From Trueperaceae bacterium (lineage in GTDB: Bacteria; Deinococcota; Deinococci; Deinococcales; Trueperaceae), in the NCBI GenBank assembly GCA_965213925.1, contig OZ243927.1, positions 1,664,001-1,728,000 on the forward strand: a stretch of DNA of 64,000 nucleotides. The letters run 5' to 3'. Both the position numbers and the translations under genes were made by a program. Below are positions 29,592-39,363 of this stretch, piece by piece (positions within the stretch are counted from its first letter, which is position 1; each line of letters begins with the position of its first letter). The notes below the pieces were generated by a model. The model was not told the DNA's origin. It ran no database searches and was given only the letters and a program-made list of their open reading frames with translations.

Positions 29592-31262
29592 TCAGCGTCT
29601 GGCCCAACGTTGCGCCGCGAGTGCGCCCAGCGCCAACGCGCCAGCCCCCACTGCGCCGCCCGCGAGCGCCTTGCGCCTGCGTCCCTGGGACAAGAGCGCT
29701 TGCGCCGCTAGATAGCCAGAAGTCGCGTTCGTACCGCCGCCCGGCCAGGTCGCCGCGCCGACCATCCAGAGGTTCGTTAGGGGCATCTTGTAGTTCGACC
29801 AGCCCTGGATGGGCCGGAAGAAGTAGTTCTGCTTCAGGTGATGGCTCCCCCCGACGCTGTCACCGCCGACGAGGTTGGGGTTGTGGCGCTCTAAGTCGGC
29901 GGGCGAATAGACGACGCGCTCCAAGATGAGGTCGCGAATGCCCGGTGCGTACGCCTCCAGCTTGTCCAAGACACGCTCCGCGACGGGTTCTTTGGCCTCG
30001 TCCCAGGTGCGGGTCTCAATCTGACCCAAGGCGTCACCCCGGATAGTGCTGGGGAGCGTGCGCACCTGAAGCCAGAGGATGTGCTGGCCGTCGGGGGCTC
30101 TCGAAGGATCGAATACAGTGGGCTGCCCGACGATGAGCAGCGGGCTCGCGGGCAGGGTGCCGTTCAGGGCGTCCGTGTAAGTGCGGGCCAAGTCTTCGAC
30201 GTAGGGTGCGATGTGGACATAGGCGAAGTCACCTATCTCTTCGCCCGCTGCCCACTGCGGCTTACCTCGGAGCGCCAGGTGCACCATCATGGTGGCGGGG
30301 CCGTACTCGTAGCGCTTGACCTCGCGGCGAAACCCTTTGGGTAGCGGCGCGTCACGCAGCAGCCGCTCGAAGAGCACCGTCGGGGTGAGGTTGGCGACGA
30401 CGGCGCGTTTCGCGCTCAGCCGCTCGCCGCTCGCCAATTCGACGCCGGTGGCACGTCCATTCTGCATGGTAATGCGCGTGACCTCGGCTTCCGTGCGCAC
30501 CTCGCCGCCGTACTCGCGGAGGAGGCCCACCAAGGCTTGCGGCATCTTCGACGCGCCGCCCTTAGGAATCGCCATGCCCTCCTCCATGTCCGCGAAGGTC
30601 TCTAGGAGCGGGAACTGCGCCCCGCCCGAGACGTCCGGCCCGAAGTCGAGGTGCATCCCCCAGGTGGCGATGACGGCCTGCATCTCTTGAGTCGCAAAGA
30701 AGCTCTCACCGAGTTCGCGGGTGGAATTCAGCAGCAAGCGGGTGAGTTCCAAGACCTCGCCCGCGCCTACCTTGCGTACGGCGTCTGCGACGGCCACGCC
30801 CATCTGTACCGACGGGAGCGGCGAGCCGTAGAGGGGCAAGAACGCCTCTTGCAGTTTGTGGTAGTGCCCGTAGAGCTGCTGCCAACCTTCGGCGTCTTTG
30901 GAGTTGCGGTCTCGGATGAGCCCCAGCGTCTTGTCCGTGTCGCCGTAGACGCGCACGCTCTCGCCGCCCGGAAAGAGGTTGCAGTAGGGCTTGTCCGAAA
31001 CGGTGTATTGGAGCCCGTGCCGCTCTAAATCTTCGCTGAGTTCTCCGTAGACGCTCGAGGCGAGAAAGAGGTTCTGGTTCATCGAATAGAGGTCGTGGAC
31101 GAAGCCGGGGCGGGTGATTTCAGCGCTCTGCACCGCGCCGCCCACCCTCTCGTTGCGCTCCACAACGAGCGTCTTCCAACCCGCTTTGGCGAGGTAAAGC
31201 GCCGTCACGAGACCGTTGTGACCTGCGCCGACGACGATAGCGTCATACGTACCGTTATTCAT
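29592..31262 (-). CDS. Phytoene-desaturase-family FAD-dependent oxidoreductase
   Basis: GAGHNGL dinucleotide-binding motif, ERNERVGGA, PKGGA, GAATWPGGG; C-terminal hydrophobic tail. Confidence 0.88.
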   Translation of the reverse strand: MNNGTYDAIVVGAGHNGLVTALYLAKAGWKTLVVERNERVGGAVQSAEITRPGFVHDLYSMNQNLFLASSVYGELSEDLERHGLQYTVSDKPYCNLFPGGESVRVYGDTDKTLGLIRDRNSKDAEGWQQLYGHYHKLQEAFLPLYGSPLPSVQMGVAVADAVRKVGAGEVLELTRLLLNSTRELGESFFATQEMQAVIATWGMHLDFGPDVSGGAQFPLLETFADMEEGMAIPKGGASKMPQALVGLLREYGGEVRTEAEVTRITMQNGRATGVELASGERLSAKRAVVANLTPTVLFERLLRDAPLPKGFRREVKRYEYGPATMMVHLALRGKPQWAAGEEIGDFAYVHIAPYVEDLARTYTDALNGTLPASPLLIVGQPTVFDPSRAPDGQHILWLQVRTLPSTIRGDALGQIETRTWDEAKEPVAERVLDKLEAYAPGIRDLILERVVYSPADLERHNPNLVGGDSVGGSHHLKQNYFFRPIQGWSNYKMPLTNLWMVGAATWPGGGTNATSGYLAAQALLSQGRRRKALAGGAVGAGALALGALAAQRWARR

Positions 31263-31272
31263 AAGCCCCCCC

Positions 31273-31340
31273 GAGACCCTGCAAAAAATGAGACCCTACA
31301 AAAAACAAGACTCTGCGAAAAACAAGACTTTGCAAAAAAC
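31273..31340. repeat. Four tandem imperfect 17-bp repeats
   Basis: GAGACCCTGCAAAAAAT / GAGACCCTACAAAAAAC / AAGACTCTGCGAAAAAC / AAGACTTTGCAAAAAAC. Confidence 0.85.
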
Positions 31341-31522
31341 GCGAACCTTGCGTGCCGCTACACCCACTCTAAACCCAGCCGAGACTAGGAAAGTGCGACG
31401 CCGCGCAAGGTCTTATAGTGAGCCGCTATTATAAAAACTTGTGCAGAAACCCGTGCAGAGACTGTAGGCGCGAATCATAACGGTTCTTCCCGGAAGGTCT
31501 ACGTTGGCGTCGGAGGGGTAGC

Positions 31523-32005
31523 ATGAGCGAATTTGAACACACCACCAATGTAGAGGCGTCACCGGACAGGGTTTGGGACTTCGTCGCGGACGTGCGCAAC
31601 CTGCCCAAGTACCTGCCGACGACCCACAGCGCCGAGCCCGCGCAAGGCGAGCGCGTCGAGGTCAAAGGCGAAGCCCAAGGGCACGAGTACGACTCGGAGG
31701 GTTACTTCCGGGAGGACCGGGAGAACTACCGGCTCGAGTGGGGCGCGGACGAGGGGTACTACTCGGGCTGGCTGGAGATCGCGGAGAACGGGAACGGCTC
31801 GGACGTGACGGTGCACCTGACCTTTACGGGCGCGCCCCCGCACGGGGAGGGCGACCCGCCGGGGGACAACACCTCCGAACAAGCGCCCGACCGCGACGAC
31901 GTGCAAGAGGGGCTGGTCTCAGCGCTGGAGTCCATCAAGAACTTCGTGGAGGGGGACCGGCCCGACACCAAAGACGAGTCGAGAGCGGCGACCTACGACG
32001 AGTAG
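31523..32005 (+). CDS. SRPBCC/polyketide-cyclase family protein
   Basis: VEASPDRVWDFVADVRNLPKYLP motif; GGAGG RBS. Confidence 0.85.
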   Translation: MSEFEHTTNVEASPDRVWDFVADVRNLPKYLPTTHSAEPAQGERVEVKGEAQGHEYDSEGYFREDRENYRLEWGADEGYYSGWLEIAENGNGSDVTVHLTFTGAPPHGEGDPPGDNTSEQAPDRDDVQEGLVSALESIKNFVEGDRPDTKDESRAATYDE

Positions 32006-32061
32006 CCATCTGTACCGAACCGTGATAGGTAGCGTTCCGTAGTCCGCACTGCTGATGCCTT

Positions 32062-32088
32062 GCGCCCCGAACTCAGAGTTCGGGGCGC
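32062..32088. terminator. Hairpin between convergent genes, probable intrinsic terminator
   Basis: GCGCCCCGAACTC-A-GAGTTCGGGGCGC perfect inverted repeat followed by TTTACTTATT. Confidence 0.75.
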
Positions 32089-32107
32089 TTTACTTATTCG
32101 CGCCTGC

Positions 32108-32485
32108 TCAACCTTCGCTGTACGCCACCGTGGTGAGCAGGGCGTTCTCGGCCTGACGCGAGTCGAGGCGGCTGTGCTGCACCACGATGGGCACGTCCGA
32201 CTCTAAAACGCTCGCGTAGTCCGTATCTCTCGGCACGGGCTCGGGGTCGCTCAGTTCGTTGAAGCGCAGGTGCAAGGTGCGTCTCGGCGGCACGGTGACG
32301 CGGTACGGGCCGACGGGCTCGCGCTCCGCGAAGTAGAGGGTGATCTCGACGTGGGCCTCCTCGTCCGAGGCGTTGAGTAAACACGCGGTCTCGTGGCTCG
32401 CTAGCTCCGGCTCCGGGCCGTGGCTCCAGCTCGGGATGTAGCCCTCAGCTATGGCCCAGCGTTTATGTCCCAACGGTTTCGTCAT
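32108..32485 (-). CDS. Sensory rhodopsin transducer (ASRT) family protein
   Basis: WAIAEGYIP, SHETACLLN, RRTLHLRFNEL, SDVPIVVQHSRLDSRQAENAL. Confidence 0.9.
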   Translation of the reverse strand: MTKPLGHKRWAIAEGYIPSWSHGPEPELASHETACLLNASDEEAHVEITLYFAEREPVGPYRVTVPPRRTLHLRFNELSDPEPVPRDTDYASVLESDVPIVVQHSRLDSRQAENALLTTVAYSEG

Positions 32486-32516
32486 CTTTGCCCCCTCTCA
32501 GGTTTCTGGATACGTA

Positions 32517-33755
32517 CTAAACTCGCCGCACCTCGCGGATGACGAAGCGGCTCTTCGGCGCGGCGGGCAATCTCGACAGGCTGACGCTCAAGTCTTGCTC
32601 CGGCACCTTGTAGCGCAACGACCCGGTCAAAAAGTTTAGTGCCCCTTTCATAAGGGCAATCGTGATCCATTCACCGGCGCAGCGGTGGTTCTGGAAGTGA
32701 TCGCCGCCCCCTTGCGGGATGAAGTTGTAGGCGCTCCCGTCCCACGTGCGGAAGCGTTCAGGTCGGAACGCTTCAGGCTCCACCCAAATACGTTCGTCGT
32801 GGTTCGTACCGTAGAGGTCAAGCAGCACCTTGCGCCCTGCGGGGAAGGGGTAGCCCCGCCACTCGAAGTCGCGCTTTACCTGCGCGGCGACAAAGGGGAA
32901 AAAGGGGTAGACGCGGCGCACTTCCTGGACGAATTCGAGGCCGTCCGCCTCAGCCCCTAGCCCCGCCCAGCTCTCCGGGTGTTCAAAGAGCGCCAGCGCC
33001 GTGAACGCGATGTAGCGGTCCACCGCGACGACGGGCCGCAGCACGTTGATGAGTTCAACCGCTGCCACGCGCCCCTCTAGCAGCGCCCCGCTCAGGTCGC
33101 GGTGCCAACTGACGACGGCGAGGGCGCTGCCTTCGGGGGGTTCAAGTCTGCGAGCACGCACCTCGGCGATAACAGCTTCTATCCACCAATTCGCCCTCTG
33201 CCGCGCCCGCCTGCCGCGCCAGTGCCGAGGTCCAGCCCCGCCCGCGCCGTCGATCATCGCGCCGAAGTCGTCCGTTCTTCTCTTCACTTCGGATTCTAGG
33301 AGGGGGACACCGGCCCAGGTGCACACCGCGCGGCACAGGAGTTCGCGCACTTCGTAGAAGAGCACGACCTCGTCCTGCCGCTCCCACCGCGCCGCCGCCT
33401 CGCGCCACGCTCCCTCGGTAATCTGCACGAGCCGCTGAATCTTCTCCCGCGTCATCAGCGACATGAACATCGCCTTGCGGCGCTTGTGGACCTCGCCGTC
33501 TAAGCCCTGCACGCCGCCCTGTCCGAAGAGCGTCTTCTGCACCCGCCCTGGTGCGACGCCTGAACGCCTAAAGCGCGAGGTGTCGTAGAAGAGCCTAGCG
33601 GCCTCCTCGCCGCGCATACAGGTGAAAGGCTGCAAAAGCAAGCGGGTTTCGAACACGTCGCTGTGGTGGCGCTGACACTCCTCGGAGATAAAGGTGTAGG
33701 GGCGTCTCGCGATAGCTAGGGTGCTGTCCGGGCGGCTGTCTCTGGGAAGCGTCAT
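32517..33755 (-). CDS. cypC: Cytochrome P450, CYP152 fatty-acid peroxygenase
   Basis: NVLRP acid-binding Arg-Pro, QEVRRVYPFFP, HRCAGEWIT heme Cys, GVQGLDG. Confidence 0.9.
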   Translation of the reverse strand: MTLPRDSRPDSTLAIARRPYTFISEECQRHHSDVFETRLLLQPFTCMRGEEAARLFYDTSRFRRSGVAPGRVQKTLFGQGGVQGLDGEVHKRRKAMFMSLMTREKIQRLVQITEGAWREAAARWERQDEVVLFYEVRELLCRAVCTWAGVPLLESEVKRRTDDFGAMIDGAGGAGPRHWRGRRARQRANWWIEAVIAEVRARRLEPPEGSALAVVSWHRDLSGALLEGRVAAVELINVLRPVVAVDRYIAFTALALFEHPESWAGLGAEADGLEFVQEVRRVYPFFPFVAAQVKRDFEWRGYPFPAGRKVLLDLYGTNHDERIWVEPEAFRPERFRTWDGSAYNFIPQGGGDHFQNHRCAGEWITIALMKGALNFLTGSLRYKVPEQDLSVSLSRLPAAPKSRFVIREVRRV

Positions 33756-33758
33756 CCG

Positions 33759-34955
33759 TTATCTGAGCTGCACGGGCGCGGCGTCTACGTCCGTGCGAAA
33801 GAGTACGTAGGGCGGACGGCGCAAGTCCTCGCCGTTCTGATAGCTGGGCTGGCGGTTGAGCTGGTTGATGGTGAGGTATAAGGCCCCATTCACGAGGTCC
33901 AAAGTGTCCGGCCAGATGATCTGGTTCGTGTAGAGAATCGTCTCCCACCGCTCGGCTAGGGGCGCGTCCGGGGTGAAGCGGTGCACCGCGCCGTTCTCGT
34001 AATCGGTGAGGTAGATGCGGCCTGCGTCGTCGGACTCTAAGCCGTCCGAGGCGAAGCCTAAGTCGCCGTAGTCCGTGACCATGCTCGCCAACCCTTGTGG
34101 GTCTATGTCCCGGTTAGCGAGCGCGTCCAGCGGCACGCTGTAGAGGTGGCGACCTGCTAAGGATCGGTAGAAGAGCCTATCCGGGGTGATGGCGACGCCG
34201 TCCGCCCCGGTGTTGAGGTAGTTCGCGGGCGCGTCGCCCGGGTTGCTGAGGAGCGCCCGCCCCTCGACGATGGGTAAGAAGTCGGGCTCGGCCTGGGCGG
34301 AAGGGTGGCCTTCTAGCTGCCGCCACGCCTCACCGCTTGCCAAGTCCACCACAATGATCGCGTTCGGACCAGAGCCCGAAGAATCGGTGATAAACGCCAA
34401 ACCCGCCTCGCCTTTGCGCAGGTCGAAGCGCACGTCGTTGAGGTAGGTCGTGTTTAGGACAGCAGGACTCTCGGCAAGGGAGACCGTTTGGACAACTTCG
34501 TTCGTCTCCAGGTCTATCGCGACCAGCTTAGGACCTAAAGGCGGCGTCTGAAAGAGGGGGCGTCCGGTGTCGAGCACCCAAAGTCGCCCCTCTGGACCGA
34601 TGACCACGCTTTGGACCGAGATGAAGTGCTCTAAAGGTGCACCCTCATCCAGTTGATTCGTCTCCGCGTCGGGGTAGGGCCGGGGCTCACCGTCTACAAT
34701 CTCCGCAACGGTAAAAGGCACGTCCTCCTCCCAACGCGGGAAGTTGACGAACACGCGCCCGTCTTCGGACGCTGTGACGCCCGTAGGCATTAGGTCGGGG
34801 AAGGTGGCGACGACTTCAGGCTCGCCGGTAGGGCGGCGGTCGGGCAGATTGCCTAAGGGCAGTGCGCCCCCAGTTGCACCACCTGATGTACCACCTGTCT
34901 GAGCACAAGCTCCCATCAGCAGCAACGCTGTAGTAAGTGTAAATAATCGCTTCAC
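33759..34955 (-). CDS. Major royal jelly protein/yellow-like beta-propeller lipoprotein
   Basis: Lipobox LMGAC; FVNFPRW, SVQSV, LWVLDTG, LNDVRFD, WPDT. Confidence 0.85.
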   Translation of the reverse strand: MKRLFTLTTALLLMGACAQTGGTSGGATGGALPLGNLPDRRPTGEPEVVATFPDLMPTGVTASEDGRVFVNFPRWEEDVPFTVAEIVDGEPRPYPDAETNQLDEGAPLEHFISVQSVVIGPEGRLWVLDTGRPLFQTPPLGPKLVAIDLETNEVVQTVSLAESPAVLNTTYLNDVRFDLRKGEAGLAFITDSSGSGPNAIIVVDLASGEAWRQLEGHPSAQAEPDFLPIVEGRALLSNPGDAPANYLNTGADGVAITPDRLFYRSLAGRHLYSVPLDALANRDIDPQGLASMVTDYGDLGFASDGLESDDAGRIYLTDYENGAVHRFTPDAPLAERWETILYTNQIIWPDTLDLVNGALYLTINQLNRQPSYQNGEDLRRPPYVLFRTDVDAAPVQLR

Positions 34956-34975
34956 ATAACCTCCTGAACTCTCTA

Positions 34976-35641
34976 TTACTTCGCCGAAGACCAGGTGGCA
35001 GCCTCATCCAAGAGCGCCTTTACCTCGCCATCGGTGACTTGCGGGAAGTGCGCGTACCACCTGCCGACCCCGTAGAAGGGCTCGGGCGTCTCGAGGCAGA
35101 CGACCTCGTCAACCTCACGCGCGAGCCGGGCGCAGGTGTCCGGGGAGCCTAGCGGCACGGCGACGGCGAGATGCTTAGGCTTTAGCGCCCGGCAAGCGGC
35201 GGCAGCGGCTCTCATGGTTGCGCCCGTGGCTAGGCCGTCATCGACGAGGATGACCGAGCGACCCTTGAGGTCGAGGGGAGTTCGCTCGCCTCGGTAGAGG
35301 TCTTCGCGCCGCGCCAGCTCGCGCCGCTCCCGCTCGACCACCACTTCGATCTCCGCTTCGGTCAGACCCAGCCCTGCGATGAGGTCTTCGTTGCGTGTTT
35401 GCACGCCGCCTGTAGCAATCGCGCCTAGTGCCAGCTCCTCGCGACCTGGCACCCCCAGTTTACGCACAGCGAATACATCGAGGGGTGCGCCGAGCGCTTT
35501 AGCGACCTCGAAAGCGACAGGCACGCCGCCTCGCGGCAGCGCTAGAACTAGCGTGTCGGCGCTGTAGTCTTCGAGCGCTGCCGCCAGCTCGCGCCCCGCT
35601 CCGTGTCGGTCTTCAAACACCTTAGACCAGCGCCGCGCCAC
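34976..35641 (-). CDS. Phosphoribosyltransferase family protein
   Basis: LALPRGGVPV, VRKLGVPG.EELA.GA, VDDGLATGAT PRPP-binding loop. Confidence 0.9.
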   Translation of the reverse strand: MARRWSKVFEDRHGAGRELAAALEDYSADTLVLALPRGGVPVAFEVAKALGAPLDVFAVRKLGVPGREELALGAIATGGVQTRNEDLIAGLGLTEAEIEVVVERERRELARREDLYRGERTPLDLKGRSVILVDDGLATGATMRAAAAACRALKPKHLAVAVPLGSPDTCARLAREVDEVVCLETPEPFYGVGRWYAHFPQVTDGEVKALLDEAATWSSAK

Positions 35642-35678
35642 TTACGTCAACCCTCTCTGAGCCGGTAGTTAAAATAGG

Positions 35679-35705
35679 GGAGGATGTCATAAGTTGACAT
35701 CCTCC
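35679..35705 (-). terminator. Intrinsic terminator after dodecin
   Basis: GGAGGATGTCA-N5-TGACATCCTCC 11-bp stem, followed on the minus strand by CCTATTTT. Confidence 0.6.
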
Positions 35706-35717
35706 GCTCGCTCAAGA

Positions 35718-35924
35718 TCAAGCCTCGCCCACCGCGAACGAGACCTTAGCGTTGACGCGGTACATCGTGATCTGGTCGTTCTCGACAACCGCTTGCATCT
35801 CCTTGACGTAGATGTTCTGGATGCCCTGCACCGACTTAGACGCCTCTTTGAGCGCCTCTTTAACTGCGTCGTCGAAACTGTTGGGGGACTGAGCGAGCAC
35901 TTCGATTACCTTGATGATAGCCAT
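35718..35924 (-). CDS. Dodecin family flavin-binding protein
   Basis: KVIEVLAQSPNSFDDAV...YRVNAKVSF; AAAGGA RBS. Confidence 0.9.
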   Translation of the reverse strand: MAIIKVIEVLAQSPNSFDDAVKEALKEASKSVQGIQNIYVKEMQAVVENDQITMYRVNAKVSFAVGEA

Positions 35925-36020
35925 GCGTTTTCCTTTCGCGTGATGAACGGATGGTTGAACGTTGTTTTGACTCGGGCGACATTGACATGGGCGTTGACGT
36001 GGGGGGCGTTTACATCGGCA

Positions 36021-36557
36021 TCACTCCCCGCCCTCCTCGCCCCGCACCAGTACCACCGGGACGTCGACCCGTCTGAGCACCGTCTCGGTCACGCTGCCTT
36101 GAAAAAGGCGACCTAACCCCTGACGCCCGCGCGTCATCATGGCGATCACGTCTACCCCTTCTGCCAAAGCGAAGTCGATGATGTCTTGAGCAGGCTCACC
36201 GAAATGCACGGTCACCTCGGCGTCAAAACCCGCCTCTCCTAGCTGCTCGACTTCGGCTCTGAGTTCGCCTTCAAGCGACGCGCGGTAGTGGTCGTAAGCC
36301 TCGTTTATTTGTGTGCGGAAGAGATCGTCGCTACTGCTCTGCGCAGCCTGAGCGCTATCTATGCGGTAGGCGTAGAAGCCCGTGTCTGGACCCCAGGCGG
36401 CCGGCTGGTAGGTCGGCGCGGCGGGCGCGGGTGGGGTGGCGACGTGCAAGAGGTGTACCCGGACATCCTCCGGGCGAAAGAGCTGCTCTAGGTGCGGGAC
36501 GATATGCTGGCTAAAGTCGGTGCCGTCCAAAGGGACGAGGATTTTCAAGGGTGCCAT
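36021..36557 (-). CDS. Universal stress protein
   Basis: ILVPLDG, GEPAQDI, MMTRGRQGL...GSVTETVLR. Confidence 0.9.
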   Translation of the reverse strand: MAPLKILVPLDGTDFSQHIVPHLEQLFRPEDVRVHLLHVATPPAPAAPTYQPAAWGPDTGFYAYRIDSAQAAQSSSDDLFRTQINEAYDHYRASLEGELRAEVEQLGEAGFDAEVTVHFGEPAQDIIDFALAEGVDVIAMMTRGRQGLGRLFQGSVTETVLRRVDVPVVLVRGEEGGE

Positions 36558-36589
36558 GAGGTCCTTTTCTGTAATTAGGGGTGACTGCT

Positions 36590-36765
36590 CCGCTCACCAC
36601 CACGCCGGTCAGCGCCACCGTGCCCTCTCTTACGCTTACGTCGATGCTGCTAGCGTCGATATGTGGATCGCTGATGAGCGCCCACAAGAGCTGCTCCCTG
36701 ATCGTCTCGTCGATGCCCGGCAGTTCGAGGTCGCCGTCCACCTCACGCTCTGTGCGCCCTCTCAT
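36590..36765 (-). pseudogene. BON-domain fragment
   Basis: DETIREQLLWALISDPHIDASSIDVSVREGTVALTGVV, then the similarity ends. Confidence 0.6.
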
Positions 36766-37790
36766 CGCGGCTCCCCCTCGACCTGCCTGCTCGCGTCTAT
36801 ACCTCTTCTATCCGCACGGCTCTCCGCCCGCTTCGCTCGGTACATCGCCGCGTGCGCTAGCAGCGCCGTAACGTTTTCCCCGTCCTCGGGGTAGTGCGCT
36901 AAGCCGAAGCTGCCCGTCAGGTAGACCCGCCCTCCCTTCACGCCGAAAGGCGCGGAGAGATTCGTTTTGTAACGTGCCAGCGCCTTCTGCCCCTCCTCGC
37001 GCGAGACGTGCCGTAAGAGCACCGCGAACTCGTCGCCCGAGAGCCGCGTCAAGAGGTCGCCCTTGCGCGTTAGCGCCTCGAGCCGCAAACTTACCTCGTG
37101 CAGCAGCGCGTCGCCGCTCGCGTGACCGTAGCGGTCGTTGACCCTTTTGAAGCGGTCTAAGTCCAAGTAGAGCACCGCCGAGCCCGCGCCCTCGCGCCGC
37201 ACCCGTGACCTCGCCAGGGCTCGCTCCGCTTCCTGGAAAGAGAAGCGCCGGTTGAAAGGCCCCGTCAAGGGGTCGCGGTTAGCTTGGTCTTCGATCAGGC
37301 GCTCGTAGCGTCGCTGCTCAGTCACCTCTAAAAAGGAAATAACCGCACCCGCGACCTTATCCGCCGAGTCCGACAGCGCGGTAACAGTCACCGTGAAGCA
37401 GCGCCCTGGATAGGTCAACTCGAGCACGCAACGCCTCAGCCGGTTAGACAAGACCGCGATGAGCCCGGCGTAGAGTTCGGCGGTGTCCTCTTTTCGCCTC
37501 TCATCCGCTCCCTCATCCACCTCTTCGCCCGTGGCGGCATCCTGCAAGCACACCTCCGCGAAGGGCCTGCCGATGAGCACGTCGGTAGGATGACCTAGCT
37601 CGCGGCGCATACGTCGCCACGCACCGTTCACGCTCTGGACCGCGCCCTGCTTGCCCACCACGACGAGGGGCTGCTCCAACGCTTCAAACGCCGCGACCTG
37701 CGAGAGCACGGCTCTATCTAGGATGGTAGTGAGATCATCACCGAGTCCTCCGAGTTGCGTATACGATACATTCAACAGCGTCACCTCCAA
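36762..37790 (-). CDS. PAS-GGDEF protein, degenerate (possibly decaying)
   Basis: DLDRFKRVND, RLSGDEF; atypical DPLTGPFNRR and LLAHAAMY (the usual AD before AMY is missing). Confidence 0.7.
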   Translation of the reverse strand: MEVTLLNVSYTQLGGLGDDLTTILDRAVLSQVAAFEALEQPLVVVGKQGAVQSVNGAWRRMRRELGHPTDVLIGRPFAEVCLQDAATGEEVDEGADERRKEDTAELYAGLIAVLSNRLRRCVLELTYPGRCFTVTVTALSDSADKVAGAVISFLEVTEQRRYERLIEDQANRDPLTGPFNRRFSFQEAERALARSRVRREGAGSAVLYLDLDRFKRVNDRYGHASGDALLHEVSLRLEALTRKGDLLTRLSGDEFAVLLRHVSREEGQKALARYKTNLSAPFGVKGGRVYLTGSFGLAHYPEDGENVTALLAHAAMYRAKRAESRADRRGIDASRQVEGEPR

Positions 37791-37978
37791 AACTGAGACG
37801 TGCTGTTCGCTTTAGGATAGGTGAGCAGAAGGGCGGGCGCTGAATTTGCCTCGCGCCCGCTTCACTCTCCCCCCGGTGGCGGACGAACGTAACGTCCTTA
37901 TCAATTAAACCGCTAACATCTTCATGAAGATAGATACGAGTGTACTTATTTACCTAGTACGTTCACGTCAAGCTCAGC

Positions 37979-38335
37979 TCACAGCTCGTTCTCGGCGGCT
38001 AGGCGCAGCACGGCGGCGCGGGTCTCCTCTTTGAACGCGGCCCAGTCCGGGCTGCCGTCCGTGTCAGTCAACTTGTGGTGCGCCTCGAAGTCCTCTTCTA
38101 GGAGGTGCAGCGCGGCTCCCAGTGCCGCCTCCTCCGAGTGCCCCTTGAGCCGCGCTACTTCAAAGCGCAGGTAGACGAGTTGTACCAAGGTCTCGCGGAA
38201 GAACTCGCCGTAGCGCACGTTCATAAACGTCACGCCGCTCCGGACGTCATAACGCCACGTGCCCAGGTTCGCCGCCTCTACCGCTAAGCGGAGCACTGTT
38301 TCGTCGCCCAAGCTATTCGCATATTCCTTATCCAT
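37979..38335 (-). pseudogene. Chimeric remnant: start of a PAS sensor joined to an unrelated helical segment
   Basis: LRLAVEAANLGTWRYDVRSG is a PAS N-terminus and is truncated after about 35 aa. Confidence 0.4.
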
Positions 38336-38553
38336 ACCGAAGTCCCTCCGTCCCTTCCGCACACATCCTTGATCCGCAAACGTGAGCACAAGGAGACGCT
38401 GAGCGACTTCACCCTATAGGGGAAGAGAAGAGCGGTACTACAGATGTGCTAGGAATAGTGTAGCTCGAGAGGGGTAGGCAGCGCACTGTTGTTGTCGGTC
38501 AGCGCGGCATAAACGCTCCATACTGGCGCAACAAGGTTCCCGCCACAAAAACG

Positions 38554-39049
38554 TTAGGGCTTGCAACCGAGAAGGGGCGACGCCCGCCTATGAATCTCTT
38601 TGAGGTCTTCTGTACCCATTGCGGCGTAGCGGTCCGACATGGTAAGCGTCTTATGCCCCAAGATGCGCTTCAAAGTAAAGACATCCCCGCCATTCTTGAT
38701 GAACTGGACGGAGAACCCCCGCCGGAAGGCGTGCGGCCCCTTGGGAGCGATCTCAGCCCCTTCACAGAGGTCGTGGAGCATTTTGCGCAGCCCGTAGCGG
38801 GTGAGAGGCGTGTCCTCGTCCGAGAGGTAGATATAAGGCAGCGACGTAGCGGGCCGCTCCGATTGAATGTAGCGCTTCAGCACCCTGAGCGCTATTCTGG
38901 AGATGGGCACGACGCGGTCTTTGCCACCCTTGCCTTTATTGACCCACAGCCTGCCGTTCGGCTCTAGGTGACCGAGCTGGAGAGCCAGCAGTTCGGAAGC
39001 GCGGAGCCCCGTGTCGTAGAGAGTGGTCACGATGGACTGGTTGCGCAGG
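38554..39049 (-). pseudogene. 5'-truncated copy of the tyrosine integrase (catalytic half only)
   Basis: Near-identical to 16727-17206; lacks the N-terminal about 130 aa and has a different last few codons. Confidence 0.88.
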
Positions 39050-39302
39050 CGTTCTACTTGGCGCTACCGTCATGGGCTTGCTCTTTTTTGTCTTCAACGC
39101 CGCTGAGCGTGCTGCCTAAGCTGGTCTGGCACTATCAAAAAGAAAGCCCGCTAGGTAAAGCGGACTCCTATCTCTTATCTCCACATGGCGCTGCCAACCC
39201 CGGTGGATAGGTCTATCGTAGTGCAGCGTTCTCGCCTTAACTAGACCTGTTTGTACCTCTTCGAGTAGTGCTTGAATACGCATTGTCTGTTCCTAGGACA
39301 AT

Positions 39303-39363
39303 AAAAAAAGCTCGGGGACCTCCACCGGGGGGGCAGCGGGTGTGGAGGTTCAACCCTGAGCTG
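39303..39363 (-). ncRNA. Putative small structured RNA or attenuator leader
   Basis: TTGCGC-N17-TATACT promoter (39397-39369), then AGCTCAGGG-TTGA-ACCTCCAC-loop-GTGGAGGT-CCCCGAGCT and a T run. Confidence 0.5.

Noticed and set aside
31273..31340. Possible CRISPR array
   Set aside because: Repeats are contiguous with no spacers, only 17 bp long, and no cas genes are present. The AddB-like Fe-S nuclease is Cas4-like in fold only.
35965..36015. Repeated TTGAC/TTTAC words upstream of dodecin
   Set aside because: Irregular spacing and short length; cannot be distinguished from chance.
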